Source of the DNA: an uncultured virus (IMG/VR IMGVR_UViG_3300047356_001345)
Lineage: Duplodnaviria > Heunggongvirae > Uroviricota > Caudoviricetes
IMG/VR virus record: IMGVR_UViG_3300047356_001345
DNA: 58,411 nucleotides
Direction: 5' to 3' (one strand)
In this document: positions 8,952-18,031 of the stretch, piece after piece
How positions within the stretch are numbered: position 1 is the stretch's first letter
Layout of the letters: every line of letters starts with the position of its first letter
Translations under genes and position numbers: made by a program
The notes under the pieces: model-generated
What the model saw: only the letters and a program-made list of their open reading frames with translations
Told to the model about the DNA's origin: nothing
Databases searched by the model: none

Positions 8952-9934
8952 ACGTTATACCTTGCTTGTAACGGTTGTGAATATTGTGCAGCATTGTCTG
9001 CAATACGTTGTAAATCCCACTTTGCACAAAACTTCATTAGCCTCATACCTACTTGCGATACGTTTTTAGGATTTTCCATAGCTTCATCTATGTTACTGTT
9101 TATAATATCTCTAATATCTGCAGGTTGTGCAGTCAAATCACACAATGTTACATTGCGTGTATAATCATCTAGTACACGGTGCTCTATACCTTCGTGGTCG
9201 GTCCAACGCTGTAGCATCATATTATTCCAGTTGTAACCTTTTGTAGTCTTGTCAGCATACGCTTCAATAAGACCTACTTTGTTCTTAGTACCTTTCTTAC
9301 GTACACCAGGGTAAGCACTAAACACGTTGTCACTAGTGTCGCCACGCATACACTTCTCAAATAACATAAAGTCAGGCTCAGGTGCAGGCTTTGCCTCTTT
9401 AGTTTTCTTATCAATTACACGATCACCTTTGTCTGTAAAGTAGCCTTCGTGTGTAATTGTTGTATTACTTACACCGTTATACTGGCGTACATTGGGTGCA
9501 ATTAGTTGTGCAAAGTCACCATCGGTGCTAACAATAACGTGATCGTCATCTGTATGTTTTTGTACCCAGCCAGCAATAAGGTCGTCTGCTTCTAGTCTAG
9601 GATCTTGTAACACTGTACAATTAGTCTTAGTGCCAACAAAGTCTTTAAACTCGTCAAAGATTTCCCAAAACACTTTATCTTCTTCTGCTTCACGAGGACT
9701 CATAGCATCACGGTGTTCTTTACGATTGCGCTTGTAAGGCTCATAATAGTCCTTACGCCAACTGCGTCCTTCTAAGCAAAACACAACGTGCGACCCGTTA
9801 AAGTCTTGCCACGCTTTTTTAATGCTGTTAAGTGTAATGTGCATAGCCATACCTACTTTAGTATCGATATCACCACGGACAACGTGACGAGCTCTAAAGA
9901 AAGTATTAGCTGTATCAATTAGTATGTAAGTCAT
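8948..9934 (-). CDS. rnh: T4 RNase H-like 5'-3' exonuclease (FEN1/PIN fold)
   Basis: ILIDTAN, SWRK..YK.NR, EADD, STDGDF.QL and GDTSDNV motifs. Confidence 0.9.
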   Translation of the reverse strand: MTYILIDTANTFFRARHVVRGDIDTKVGMAMHITLNSIKKAWQDFNGSHVVFCLEGRSWRKDYYEPYKRNRKEHRDAMSPREAEEDKVFWEIFDEFKDFVGTKTNCTVLQDPRLEADDLIAGWVQKHTDDDHVIVSTDGDFAQLIAPNVRQYNGVSNTTITHEGYFTDKGDRVIDKKTKEAKPAPEPDFMLFEKCMRGDTSDNVFSAYPGVRKKGTKNKVGLIEAYADKTTKGYNWNNMMLQRWTDHEGIEHRVLDDYTRNVTLCDLTAQPADIRDIINSNIDEAMENPKNVSQVGMRLMKFCAKWDLQRIADNAAQYSQPLQARYNV

Positions 9935-10322
9935 AAAACTCTTCTTCTACATAGCGTTTCAATTCGTGATCACCAACATTGTCGGGAACCTCTCTCTTAT
10001 AAAATAGACGATAACTATCGCTGCCGTATTTGCCTATTCCATACAATATTGTAGCATCCTTTCCGTCCCAAGTCAAGAACTCTTTACTCATTCTTTTCAA
10101 ACGCTTATATCTTACATTTACCATACCCAGACTTTCGATTATGGTTTTTATTGTATTTTCTGGGGTATTTAGGAAATGTATCGGAGTTGGAGCAGTTGCA
10201 AATAATGGTGGCAAAACACGTTTAACTTGTTTCCTATTTGTACAATTAAGACAAATTACACCTACCATATGCTGCCAAACGTTATCTACTTGCTGCTGTA
10301 CCATTAAATCATCACGCATCAT
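9915..10322 (-). CDS. MBD4-like HhH-GPD DNA glycosylase
   Basis: LYGIGKYGSDSYRLF...GDHELKRY parallels MBD4 LHGIGKYGNDSYRIF...EDHKLNKY. Confidence 0.8.
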   Translation of the reverse strand: MMRDDLMVQQQVDNVWQHMVGVICLNCTNRKQVKRVLPPLFATAPTPIHFLNTPENTIKTIIESLGMVNVRYKRLKRMSKEFLTWDGKDATILYGIGKYGSDSYRLFYKREVPDNVGDHELKRYVEEEFYDLHTN

Positions 10323-10452
10323 TTTTTACCTGCATACCTTTTTTTGTTAAACTTTTTGCTCTACGTATAATTTCTTCAGTTGTTAATTTACTATTGCTAA
10401 GATGATTTTTCCATTCTTTGAACAATTTAGCTTGCTTTGATTTCTTAGCCAT
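10312..10452 (-). CDS. Small basic hypothetical protein (46 aa)
   Basis: Read by hand: MAKKSKQAKLFKEWKNHLS...; fills the gap and is coupled to both neighbours. Confidence 0.55.
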   Translation of the reverse strand: MAKKSKQAKLFKEWKNHLSNSKLTTEEIIRRAKSLTKKGMQVKNDA

Positions 10453-10859
10453 TAACTAACTTCACTGGTACCTTTGTCAATAGGCACAACATTAATATAA
10501 CCTGCACCTCTATCAGTTGAATCAATGCCTTCTTCTGCTAACATATTATATACAATTTCTTTAAACCAGCGATCTACAATTTCTTCTTCTGGATCATTTT
10601 CAAAACCATATCCATTTTGCATTAGTTCTTTAATAAAGTATTCATTCCAATCGAGCTCAAAGAACCCGTTTCGAATATTATCTTTGTTAATTTTCATATC
10701 AAGAACATTTACCCAAGCCTCTTTTTTCTTTGTATAGTATGCTTTAGGGTCCTTCTTTTTAAGAAGTTTCATTTCTTCTTCTTTGATACGTGCTTCCTCT
10801 GCCGCAAGGGCTTGTTCTTTAGCAGTAATACCTGTAATTTTTTTAAGCAATTTCTTCAT
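10452..10859 (-). CDS. Hypothetical phage protein
   Basis: 135 aa (GFFELDWNEYF), translationally coupled. Confidence 0.7.
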   Translation of the reverse strand: MKKLLKKITGITAKEQALAAEEARIKEEEMKLLKKKDPKAYYTKKKEAWVNVLDMKINKDNIRNGFFELDWNEYFIKELMQNGYGFENDPEEEIVDRWFKEIVYNMLAEEGIDSTDRGAGYINVVPIDKGTSEVS

Positions 10860-10937
10860 TATAAACCTGCCTTTCTAAGTGCATCTTGATCGATAGGCGC
10901 TTTCATAGCCTTTTCGTGCTGTGCGTTTTTATACTTC

Positions 10938-11831
10938 CTAAGTTCCCCAGGCATTTCCGAATAAGCTAATATGGAGTCTGGGGGTAAATCGCCATCCTTC
11001 TGCCATACACGCTTCAGCCACGTCTTTAACGTTGAGGGAGTATTCTTCACTGCGCCCGCCCATTGGCATAAGATATACTGGACATTGTAGCCCGGCATCT
11101 TGGTAAGCACTAACAGCTCTTTTGACTTCCATAAAATCGTCTTCAGTAGCCACAACAAACTTAAGATAAAGTTCGCTACCGTCAACCCTAGTATACTCAC
11201 GAGCAACATCAGGCTTAATAGCAGTTTCCCAAGGTTCTCCTGAGACACTAAGTTTTGGGGAACAACTCCAAGTGACTGTAAGTCTGTCGCTGTCGTTGAG
11301 ATAGTTGTAGAGATCGTCGTGTAAATGTTGTGTAGTGTTTGTTTCAAATGTGATGTTCCTTAAATCCTGCATACGTGGATGTTCAAACAGCTCTACGTAA
11401 AGCCGTTGCCACGCTAACAACGGTTCACCGCCTGTCATAATCAAGTGTACATCTTGACCATTATCCTGTACCCACTTACCGTTGGGAGTAAGTGAAAGCA
11501 AATGTTCTACGACTTCGTCTACAGTTGCTTGTCTATTAAAGTGTTTAAACTCTGGATAGATACTTGCGTATGTATCACAACCTGTGTGTATAATAGGTAA
11601 GTCATTAAACTCTTTGGTAGTCTCGTGTACGCCAGCATCAAGCAATCCTTGCACTTCGGCATTGTGGATAATGCCTGCTTTTTGTTTTATATCACGCATA
11701 GGCTCATTCTTTAAACCAAAATTCATACAACGGAAGTTACAACCGAAGGTACGTAGGAATACACTTGGTACTCCTACGAACTTACCTTCTCCTTGTACAC
11801 TATAAAATGCTTCGCTATAGCGTAACTTCAT
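10938..11831 (-). CDS. queE: 7-carboxy-7-deazaguanine synthase (radical SAM)
   Basis: E.FYSVQGEG, GCNFRC...GCDT (split CxxxC...C with an insertion), TGGEP and ETN motifs. Confidence 0.9.
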   Translation of the reverse strand: MKLRYSEAFYSVQGEGKFVGVPSVFLRTFGCNFRCMNFGLKNEPMRDIKQKAGIIHNAEVQGLLDAGVHETTKEFNDLPIIHTGCDTYASIYPEFKHFNRQATVDEVVEHLLSLTPNGKWVQDNGQDVHLIMTGGEPLLAWQRLYVELFEHPRMQDLRNITFETNTTQHLHDDLYNYLNDSDRLTVTWSCSPKLSVSGEPWETAIKPDVAREYTRVDGSELYLKFVVATEDDFMEVKRAVSAYQDAGLQCPVYLMPMGGRSEEYSLNVKDVAEACMAEGWRFTPRLHISLFGNAWGT

Positions 11832-11995
11832 TATAGTTCCTCCGCAATGCCGAGCAGTTCAGCAACAAGAAAACCACTTGCTAACCAAACTACACTGCCT
11901 GTATATAAACACACACCGCATCCTGCGATACGTACAGCACTTTTTATTAAACTAATGTAAAAGTGCTTTTTACTTACATCTACTGGTTCTGTCAT
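11831..11995 (-). CDS. Small membrane protein (54 aa)
   Basis: Read by hand: MTEPVDVSKKHFYISLIKSAVRIAGCGVCLYTGSVVWLASGFLVAELLGIAEEL; coupled on both sides. Confidence 0.65.
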   Translation of the reverse strand: MTEPVDVSKKHFYISLIKSAVRIAGCGVCLYTGSVVWLASGFLVAELLGIAEEL

Positions 11996-12702
11996 TATGA
12001 CCCCTGTGCAAATTGCTGTTGGAGTTTCACATTATCGATAAACTCTTTTTTAGTTGCTGGATCATTTTTAAATGCACCACGTAACACTGTAGTTTGTGTT
12101 AAACTACTATGTGCTTTGATGCCTCTATTTTCACAACAACCGTGTGTGGCTTGTACATAAACACCAACATTTTCACTGCCTGTATGTTTCTGAATTTCAT
12201 CAGCAATCATAACATTTAGTTCTTCTTGTAGTGTTCCACGCATAGCACACCATTGAGCAATACGTGTGTATTTACTCAAACCTAGCAACTTAGGACCAGC
12301 AATAATACCAATGTATGCTACACCTTTTACTGTTTGGTGATGATGCGAACATAAACTTGTAAGTTCACTTCGCACAACCAACATACCTTCATAACCTTCA
12401 CCTTCATTTACATAATTAGGAAAAGCATTAGGCGCTGGCATTGGATTATATCTACCAGACATAATCTCATTGACATACATTTTTGCCATACGTCTACCAG
12501 TATCAATACTGTTAGGATCGTTTTCAGTATCAATAATAAGTGTTTTTAAAACATCTTCAAACTTATAAGCAAGTTCGTTCTTGATCTCTTCAAGTTCCCA
12601 CTCGCTTACGTGTTCGCTGATATTATCATTTGCATAGAAACGCACGTTATTTTTTTTAAGTCTTTCACGTACAACTTGACTTACTTTTACTTCTTCTGTC
12701 AT
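11995..12702 (-). CDS. folE: GTP cyclohydrolase I
   Basis: SLCSHH, GLSKY.R, LQE, H.C...RG and T...RG.F motifs. Confidence 0.92.
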   Translation of the reverse strand: MTEEVKVSQVVRERLKKNNVRFYANDNISEHVSEWELEEIKNELAYKFEDVLKTLIIDTENDPNSIDTGRRMAKMYVNEIMSGRYNPMPAPNAFPNYVNEGEGYEGMLVVRSELTSLCSHHHQTVKGVAYIGIIAGPKLLGLSKYTRIAQWCAMRGTLQEELNVMIADEIQKHTGSENVGVYVQATHGCCENRGIKAHSSLTQTTVLRGAFKNDPATKKEFIDNVKLQQQFAQGS

Positions 12703-12740
12703 TTAATTCTCCGAGTTATAGACGAGGATGTCTATTGTTT

Positions 12741-12769
12741 ATAGTAACACTATTTAGATCTTTTGTCAA
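12741..12769 (-). promoter_or_regulatory. Sigma70-type promoter TTGACA-N17-TACTAT upstream of folE
   Basis: Read directly; the spacer also contains CTAAATA. Confidence 0.65.
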
Positions 12770-12966
12770 CTAAAATGTTCATTTAACATTTCGATACGGT
12801 CTGTTGCCGCAGCCATTTTATCAAGTTCTTCTTGAATAGCTTCAACAATATCGCTATGTTCACCAATACCTACTGCTTGATGCATATACACCAAGATGTT
12901 TGTTTTTGCTCTTTCAAGCTCACCTTCGGCGTGCATTCTTGCAGCCTTTACTAGTTGTTCACGCAT
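12766..12966 (-). CDS. Hypothetical T4-like phage protein
   Basis: 66 aa with a VGIGEHSDI motif; AAGGAG RBS. Confidence 0.7.
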   Translation of the reverse strand: MREQLVKAARMHAEGELERAKTNILVYMHQAVGIGEHSDIVEAIQEELDKMAAATDRIEMLNEHFS

Positions 12967-13090
12967 CTTTTTTCTCCTTTAATGCCTGTCTTTTGTTATA
13001 CTCGTCTAGTTTAACACGATATTCGTCTTCTGTCAAACTATGCCAACCGATACATCTACCTGTTGGCGATCTTCCACAACCGCAACTCAT
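12959..13090 (-). CDS. CDGSH-like Fe-S/Zn miniprotein (43 aa)
   Basis: Read by hand: MSCGCGRSPTGRCIGWHSLTEDEY...; AAGGAG RBS. Confidence 0.65.
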   Translation of the reverse strand: MSCGCGRSPTGRCIGWHSLTEDEYRVKLDEYNKRQALKEKKDA

Positions 13091-13099
13091 ATTGTCTCC

Positions 13100-13624
13100 T
13101 TAATCATATTCCCAAGGAAAAACTATCCAAGTGTCTTTTTCGCTGGTATCTATTTCTTCCCAAACATAATTTACACCATCAAACTTGGTGTGTGTCTTTT
13201 CACACATTGTAGCAAAACGTACATTTTCGTCCCAAACTTCGTCCCACCCTTCACTATTTGGTAAACAACCTGCTTGCCAATCTTTCTTAATCCATTCAAA
13301 TGTAGCGCCTGTGTCGTTGATGTCATCTACTATTAGTATTTGCTTTCGCATTTTAGGTTTGCATTTACCATCAAGATAACCGAATGCATCTTCAGCCATC
13401 CAGCAATTAGATTCTTGTGTAGCATTGTCACGTAATCTTACATCAAGAGCATAATGGTTACAATCGAGTAAATGACTTAACATAACACTCAGTGGCAGTC
13501 CACCTCTGTTTAGCCCTACAATATAGTCAGGACGAAACCCGCTTTTGTACATCATTAATGCAAGTTTATGAGCACATTTTTGTACATCTTCCCAAGAGTA
13601 ATACTTTCTGCTTATTTTTTCCAT
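13100..13624 (-). CDS. Type I purine phosphoribosyltransferase (Gpt-like)
   Basis: VGLNRGGL, PRPP loop ILIVDDINDTGAT and WIVFPWE. Confidence 0.88.
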   Translation of the reverse strand: MEKISRKYYSWEDVQKCAHKLALMMYKSGFRPDYIVGLNRGGLPLSVMLSHLLDCNHYALDVRLRDNATQESNCWMAEDAFGYLDGKCKPKMRKQILIVDDINDTGATFEWIKKDWQAGCLPNSEGWDEVWDENVRFATMCEKTHTKFDGVNYVWEEIDTSEKDTWIVFPWEYD

Positions 13625-13833
13625 TCGTCCATCTCTGTTTTTATTTCAGTAATTTGTTCATTTGCAATGCCTCTTGCCATAGACTGAACTTGTTCTAATA
13701 AATGTTTACAAGTTTCTTTGTCATATTCTTTATAACTAATTTCAGCAAATTCGTTGCGTACTCTATGTGCTTGGATACACAAATCTTTCATTGTATTAAT
13801 GCGTTCTATCCATTGTTCTAAGCTATGTTGCAT
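13612..13833 (-). CDS. Hypothetical protein (likely start MQHSLEQ at 13833)
   Basis: The ATG at 13833 minimises overlap with the upstream ORF. Confidence 0.6.
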   Translation of the reverse strand: MQHSLEQWIERINTMKDLCIQAHRVRNEFAEISYKEYDKETCKHLLEQVQSMARGIANEQITEIKTEMDEWKK

Positions 13834-14179
13834 TTTTTTTATTGCCAACATAATCCTGATGTACCATATGATATATGCTTTTAAAGTTTTCATATACTTT
13901 TTGTAGTGCAGGATACTCATTACACATATCTTCTACTTTTGATACTTCGGGCATATAATCTTCAAAAATTACAGGAGTATTAATATCAATTGTAATTCCA
14001 GAATCCATATCAATTAAATCTTCAATTCCACTTGTATCAATGGTACTAATACTATCGGTTAAGGAAAATGTATAATCATTGCCTGTAAGTGGACTAGTAG
14101 TAACATTAGTTACTGACATTCCGGATTCGTCACAATCATCCAAAGTAATTGTTATTGTATTTTCTGCGTGATCACGCAT
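13823..14179 (-). CDS. Hypothetical acidic protein
   Basis: 118 aa, translationally coupled. Confidence 0.65.
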   Translation of the reverse strand: MRDHAENTITITLDDCDESGMSVTNVTTSPLTGNDYTFSLTDSISTIDTSGIEDLIDMDSGITIDINTPVIFEDYMPEVSKVEDMCNEYPALQKVYENFKSIYHMVHQDYVGNKKNAT

Positions 14180-14454
14180 TATAAGTACTCCATATTTTCC
14201 ATATGCATTCTAAGATTTTCAATTGCTTCTAATACACCGGGCCAATCTTCGTTTTGAATCATTTCACGAGCATCTTTACAATCTTGTAGTAATTGAGGAT
14301 TTTCTGGCCATTCTTGAATATTATCTAAAATATGTTTTGCTTGTTCTTCAAACCACATAATTCCTTCTAAAAATTCTCCATCATCTAAAAATTCAATAGC
14401 ACGTAATACCCAATAATATAAATTATCAGTTCCTTCTAATTCACTCGAATGCAT
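14179..14454 (-). CDS. Hypothetical protein
   Basis: 91 aa; AAGGAG RBS. Confidence 0.65.
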   Translation of the reverse strand: MHSSELEGTDNLYYWVLRAIEFLDDGEFLEGIMWFEEQAKHILDNIQEWPENPQLLQDCKDAREMIQNEDWPGVLEAIENLRMHMENMEYL

Positions 14455-15316
14455 TTTTGCTCCTTTCTAATTTATATTGATCTAAACACATATCTTCTAT
14501 ATTTTTTTCTAATATAACCAAATCACTTAAATTATCAACTACACTAGAAACTGCATCACCAACTCTACGATCAGCTTCGATTATATTTAACTTTTTATTA
14601 GTAACTTGTTCCATAGTGCTGATTACCTCACGTACACTATATCCTACGTTACTACCAAGACATTCATATGGCGTATTTGCGGGACCACGTTCGATTCCGT
14701 TGACAATGGCACAAGCCAAATCAACAATATGAATATAATCGCGAATGCAAGTGCCATCCCTAGTAGCATAGTCCGTACCAAAGATCTTAATGTCTGGAAT
14801 CTTGCCAGCAGCCACCATAGCAGCGACACGAATAAGATGGGTAGGAGTACCCAGTTGACGATGAACGCCGTCAGTACCAGATACGTTAAAAAATCTAAAG
14901 ATAGTGTATCCATCTGCTTTCTCCTTGATTACATCTTCTGCTGCCACTTTACTCCTTGCATAAGGTGATTCCATTTCCCAAGCACTACTTGTACTAGCGA
15001 ATAATATGTGTGGACAAGTTATTTTATTTAAAAGATTAAGTGTACCCATTACATTTACTCTATAGTATTCGCTTGGCTCCTTCATACTATCTGGTACTAC
15101 ACTACGTCCTGCTAAATGCACAACAGCATCATAAATGCCGCCTACATATTGCCCAGTAACATCAACATTAGAAAATTCGTTACAGTATGCGGATACATCA
15201 TTGTGTTCGCCGTGAATATTAATATCCCAGCCCACTACAAAGTGTCCACGTTGTTTAAGTAGTTTACAAACGTGACTTCCTATGTATCCTGTTGCACCTG
15301 TAACTAAAACTTTCAA
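14441..15316 (-). CDS. galE: UDP-glucose 4-epimerase-like extended SDR
   Basis: GATGYIG, YARSK, RFFNV and DGTCIRDYIHI.DL motifs. Confidence 0.88.
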   Translation of the reverse strand: MKVLVTGATGYIGSHVCKLLKQRGHFVVGWDINIHGEHNDVSAYCNEFSNVDVTGQYVGGIYDAVVHLAGRSVVPDSMKEPSEYYRVNVMGTLNLLNKITCPHILFASTSSAWEMESPYARSKVAAEDVIKEKADGYTIFRFFNVSGTDGVHRQLGTPTHLIRVAAMVAAGKIPDIKIFGTDYATRDGTCIRDYIHIVDLACAIVNGIERGPANTPYECLGSNVGYSVREVISTMEQVTNKKLNIIEADRRVGDAVSSVVDNLSDLVILEKNIEDMCLDQYKLERSKNAFE

Positions 15317-16476
15317 TACTTTGTCTCCGCTACGTGATCTCTATAACGATTGCTGTCTCTACGCCACTTTTCACCGTTGCCTTGCATAATATCAATGTAA
15401 CGATCAATAGTTGCACTAGTCCAATTACTGATTGCACCTAAGTCTTTGTGCGGAGAATCTAGCAATGGCTGTAGTTTGTTAACTGCATCTGTAACACTCC
15501 AAGGCACATACATTCTTGTATGATCGTTTGCAAATATCTCAGGAAAACTTCTATATGCAGGAAACAATACATTACAACCTAATGCATCTGCTTCACTTAC
15601 TGTATTACTTGTCCAATCTTGCAATGCACAATTAAACAAAACTTTACTATGATTTACAATATGATAGTAATCATTCTTTTTTAAGTTTTCATAAATTTTT
15701 AAGCAACCTGCTTTTTCAAGAGCTCTTGCTCTATCAATATATTTTTGATTATTACTTCTTAATGGACCACCTTGTAGAATAGCAAACTCAATGTTTTCGT
15801 CATTAAGTTGTTCAGCAATATCCATAAAAAAGTCTGGCTGTTTTTCTTGATCAAAACGTGCTGCAAAAACAACACGATTCTCACGTTCATCCCAAGGCTT
15901 AATTTCGCCTACTCTAAGTTGCACTTCTGTTTTATCAAATGCAAGTCCGCTAATGTTGTAAATAGGTGCTTTCCAGTTTGCTATTTTCATATGTGCAACC
16001 ATTTCTTCATTACTTGCTAATACACCAGTAACAAACTCGTTGCACATTTCTTCATACAAACTCATCCATTTACCCATACCCCAAACGTGTACAAAGTCAT
16101 CTGGGTCTACTGCCTGTGCCAAACAACGTATCCAAACTTGTGGCTGTTGTTCTGCTGGAATCTGATCCATAATGTAAGGCAACGACTCCATACCAGGCTG
16201 AAACATATCTTCAAAGAAAATAACATCTTCACCTGTCACTTCGCCGTTACGCATCATTTGCACCAAGTTCATCATTTGCGACATAGCAAAGTAGGAACGG
16301 CCGTGTGCATCTAACACCTGGCCTACTTGTATTGCTTTTGTATTATCAATAGTTGTACCAGGTACACTTACCCAGTCAATGTTTCGACGCTGGAAAGTAC
16401 GCCTACTCCATTCTTCTAGCTGTAGTGTGTACCTGCCTTCATAAGGCTCTAAGCCCATATAAAACAGTTTACGCAT
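15313..16476 (-). CDS. GT-B fold glycosyltransferase
   Basis: FAARFDQEKQP and SEADALGCNVLFP resemble the GT4-like C-terminal nucleotide-binding domain. Confidence 0.75.
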   Translation of the reverse strand: MRKLFYMGLEPYEGRYTLQLEEWSRRTFQRRNIDWVSVPGTTIDNTKAIQVGQVLDAHGRSYFAMSQMMNLVQMMRNGEVTGEDVIFFEDMFQPGMESLPYIMDQIPAEQQPQVWIRCLAQAVDPDDFVHVWGMGKWMSLYEEMCNEFVTGVLASNEEMVAHMKIANWKAPIYNISGLAFDKTEVQLRVGEIKPWDERENRVVFAARFDQEKQPDFFMDIAEQLNDENIEFAILQGGPLRSNNQKYIDRARALEKAGCLKIYENLKKNDYYHIVNHSKVLFNCALQDWTSNTVSEADALGCNVLFPAYRSFPEIFANDHTRMYVPWSVTDAVNKLQPLLDSPHKDLGAISNWTSATIDRYIDIMQGNGEKWRRDSNRYRDHVAETKY

Positions 16477-16664
16477 TAATTACGTCCTTTATTCCGATTC
16501 TTAGCTCGGATCCAATTTTTATACTTTGTAAAAGCTCCCCATACACGAGCATCTTTTTTGTATAAATCTGCTTCATTAAATGGATAGCCTTCTGTACGAC
16601 AAAAATCGTGCAGCTCGTCTAAGTCGTTAAAAATTTTAGTTACTACCGGATTCTTGATAGTCAT
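16476..16664 (-). CDS. Hypothetical protein
   Basis: 62 aa, coupled to the glycosyltransferase gene. Confidence 0.65.
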   Translation of the reverse strand: MTIKNPVVTKIFNDLDELHDFCRTEGYPFNEADLYKKDARVWGAFTKYKNWIRAKNRNKGRN

Positions 16665-16677
16665 TGTACCTTATTCC

Positions 16678-17136
16678 TTATCCTGGGTATACAATTTGAC
16701 AGCCGTTTTCGCCATCTTCGGCGACATCAATAACAACAAACCGGCCGGGATATTTGTCGTTAATCTTTTGATACAAGTCATCTGCGATCATCTCACAGCT
16801 CTTGTAGTCTAGTTGTAGGATATCACCTACATACAATGATTCTAACCAACGCTTGAATTGAATAAATTCAATGTCTCTATCGTTGTGTGTTACTTGAATT
16901 TGTACTTTAAAATGAAATGTATGACGATGTGGGTATCCTAAGAAACTTACATCATATTCGTCACCTGTTGCCAGCGCAGGATCGTCAAGTGCTGCTGGAT
17001 ACTTGTGAATACCTTCTTTAGTAAAGGTTACCCAAATACTTCTTTTTGCATTTTCTAATCTATTTGTAATACTCAATTTAGCGTCCTCTTCTCTCATTCG
17101 ACGTTTCATATATTCATAATAACGTTCTTGTTCCAT
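16678..17136 (-). CDS. QueD-like T-fold protein with LxxxHRHxF motif (DpdL-like candidate CDG decarboxylase)
   Basis: LGYPHRHTFHF replaces the QueD CxxxHGH motif; SCEMIA and EDGENG present. The true start may be downstream because a promoter lies within the first codons. Confidence 0.72.
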   Translation of the reverse strand: MEQERYYEYMKRRMREEDAKLSITNRLENAKRSIWVTFTKEGIHKYPAALDDPALATGDEYDVSFLGYPHRHTFHFKVQIQVTHNDRDIEFIQFKRWLESLYVGDILQLDYKSCEMIADDLYQKINDKYPGRFVVIDVAEDGENGCQIVYPG

Positions 17137-17144
17137 AATGTCAA
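17116..17144 (-). promoter_or_regulatory. Sigma70-type promoter AGGTTGACA-N17-TATTAT
   Basis: Same AGGTTGAC context as the promoters at 5260, 6467, 6931 and 7315. Confidence 0.55.
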
Positions 17145-17665
17145 CCTATGATTTCGTCTGTAGTGTATTTAGACCAATCAGTAAAAACGGCTTTCTCTTT
17201 TAGATCGTGCATCCTATGCACCCATACACCTGGATTAGTGCTATCAAAATCTCTGTCATCTAATTTTAGACAAGCATTGTATCCTAATTGACTAATGTAT
17301 GGTAATTTTACACTAATCATTGGAATAAATCTATTGTATTCAGTAAAACCGCTTTCAAGTAATCCTTCGACTTGTTTAACATCAATATCTAATGTAACCC
17401 AATATCCTTGACTTAACAAAGGAAGTATCATATCTTCCCAAGGTTTCCACTGGCTTAATGTATTGCTTGTGACATCAAAACTCATATTAGCACCACAGTA
17501 TATATGTTTACAACCAAACTTATCTGCTGTACTCATAATTTCGTCTATATTTTTTACACCTACTACAAAAAGTGTTTTCTTTCCAAACTGCGGAGTGTGT
17601 TCTACTTCTGTACCTATAAACATAGTTACATCTTCTTTTACACCTTGATCGTATACTCTTTTCAT
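17141..17665 (-). CDS. Hypothetical alpha/beta protein in the deazaguanine cluster
   Basis: 174-aa ORF between the dpdA and QueD-like genes. Confidence 0.7.
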   Translation of the reverse strand: MKRVYDQGVKEDVTMFIGTEVEHTPQFGKKTLFVVGVKNIDEIMSTADKFGCKHIYCGANMSFDVTSNTLSQWKPWEDMILPLLSQGYWVTLDIDVKQVEGLLESGFTEYNRFIPMISVKLPYISQLGYNACLKLDDRDFDSTNPGVWVHRMHDLKEKAVFTDWSKYTTDEIIG

Positions 17666-17835
17666 TGTTTTTTTACCTGATATATTTCATTCCAAGTGTT
17701 CCAACGTTTTTTTACATATTCGTTGATTTCTGCATCTGGATAATTTTTTTCTTTCATATTAGCAATAATTTTATCCAAATCTTCTACCGCCATTTCTAAA
17801 GTAGTTATACGCAGTTCTTTTTCAGTGATATCCAT
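17662..17835 (-). CDS. Hypothetical protein (57 aa)
   Basis: Read by hand: MDITEKELRITTLEMAVEDLDKII...; ATGA overlap with the downstream gene. Confidence 0.6.
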   Translation of the reverse strand: MDITEKELRITTLEMAVEDLDKIIANMKEKNYPDAEINEYVKKRWNTWNEIYQVKKQ

Positions 17836-18031
17836 TTACATATACACCTTGTTCTACCAATTGTTTTTCAATTCTATAAATCTCATCTTTTAACCAAAGT
17901 TTTTCAGTTTTCAATCTTCTTAATTCTTCTGTAATATGATGAGTATACAGTTTTTGTATTTCTATGTCAAGTTCTTTATGTTTTTTTCTTAATTCGTCTA
18001 AGTGCGCTTTTAATTTTCCAACATCTGACAT
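17822..18031 (-). CDS. YdcH/DUF465-like coiled-coil protein
   Basis: L.KKH.ELD.EI...LK.EKL.LKDEI pattern. Confidence 0.7.
   Translation of the reverse strand: MSDVGKLKAHLDELRKKHKELDIEIQKLYTHHITEELRRLKTEKLWLKDEIYRIEKQLVEQGVYVNGYH

Noticed and set aside
14644..14913. Hydrophobic 89-aa same-strand ORF inside galE (similarly 38904..39116, 45179..45361, 56868..57083)
   Set aside because: Fully nested alternative frames with no independent support.
16678..17136. Canonical queD
   Set aside because: The catalytic CxxxHGH motif is replaced by LxxxHRHxF.
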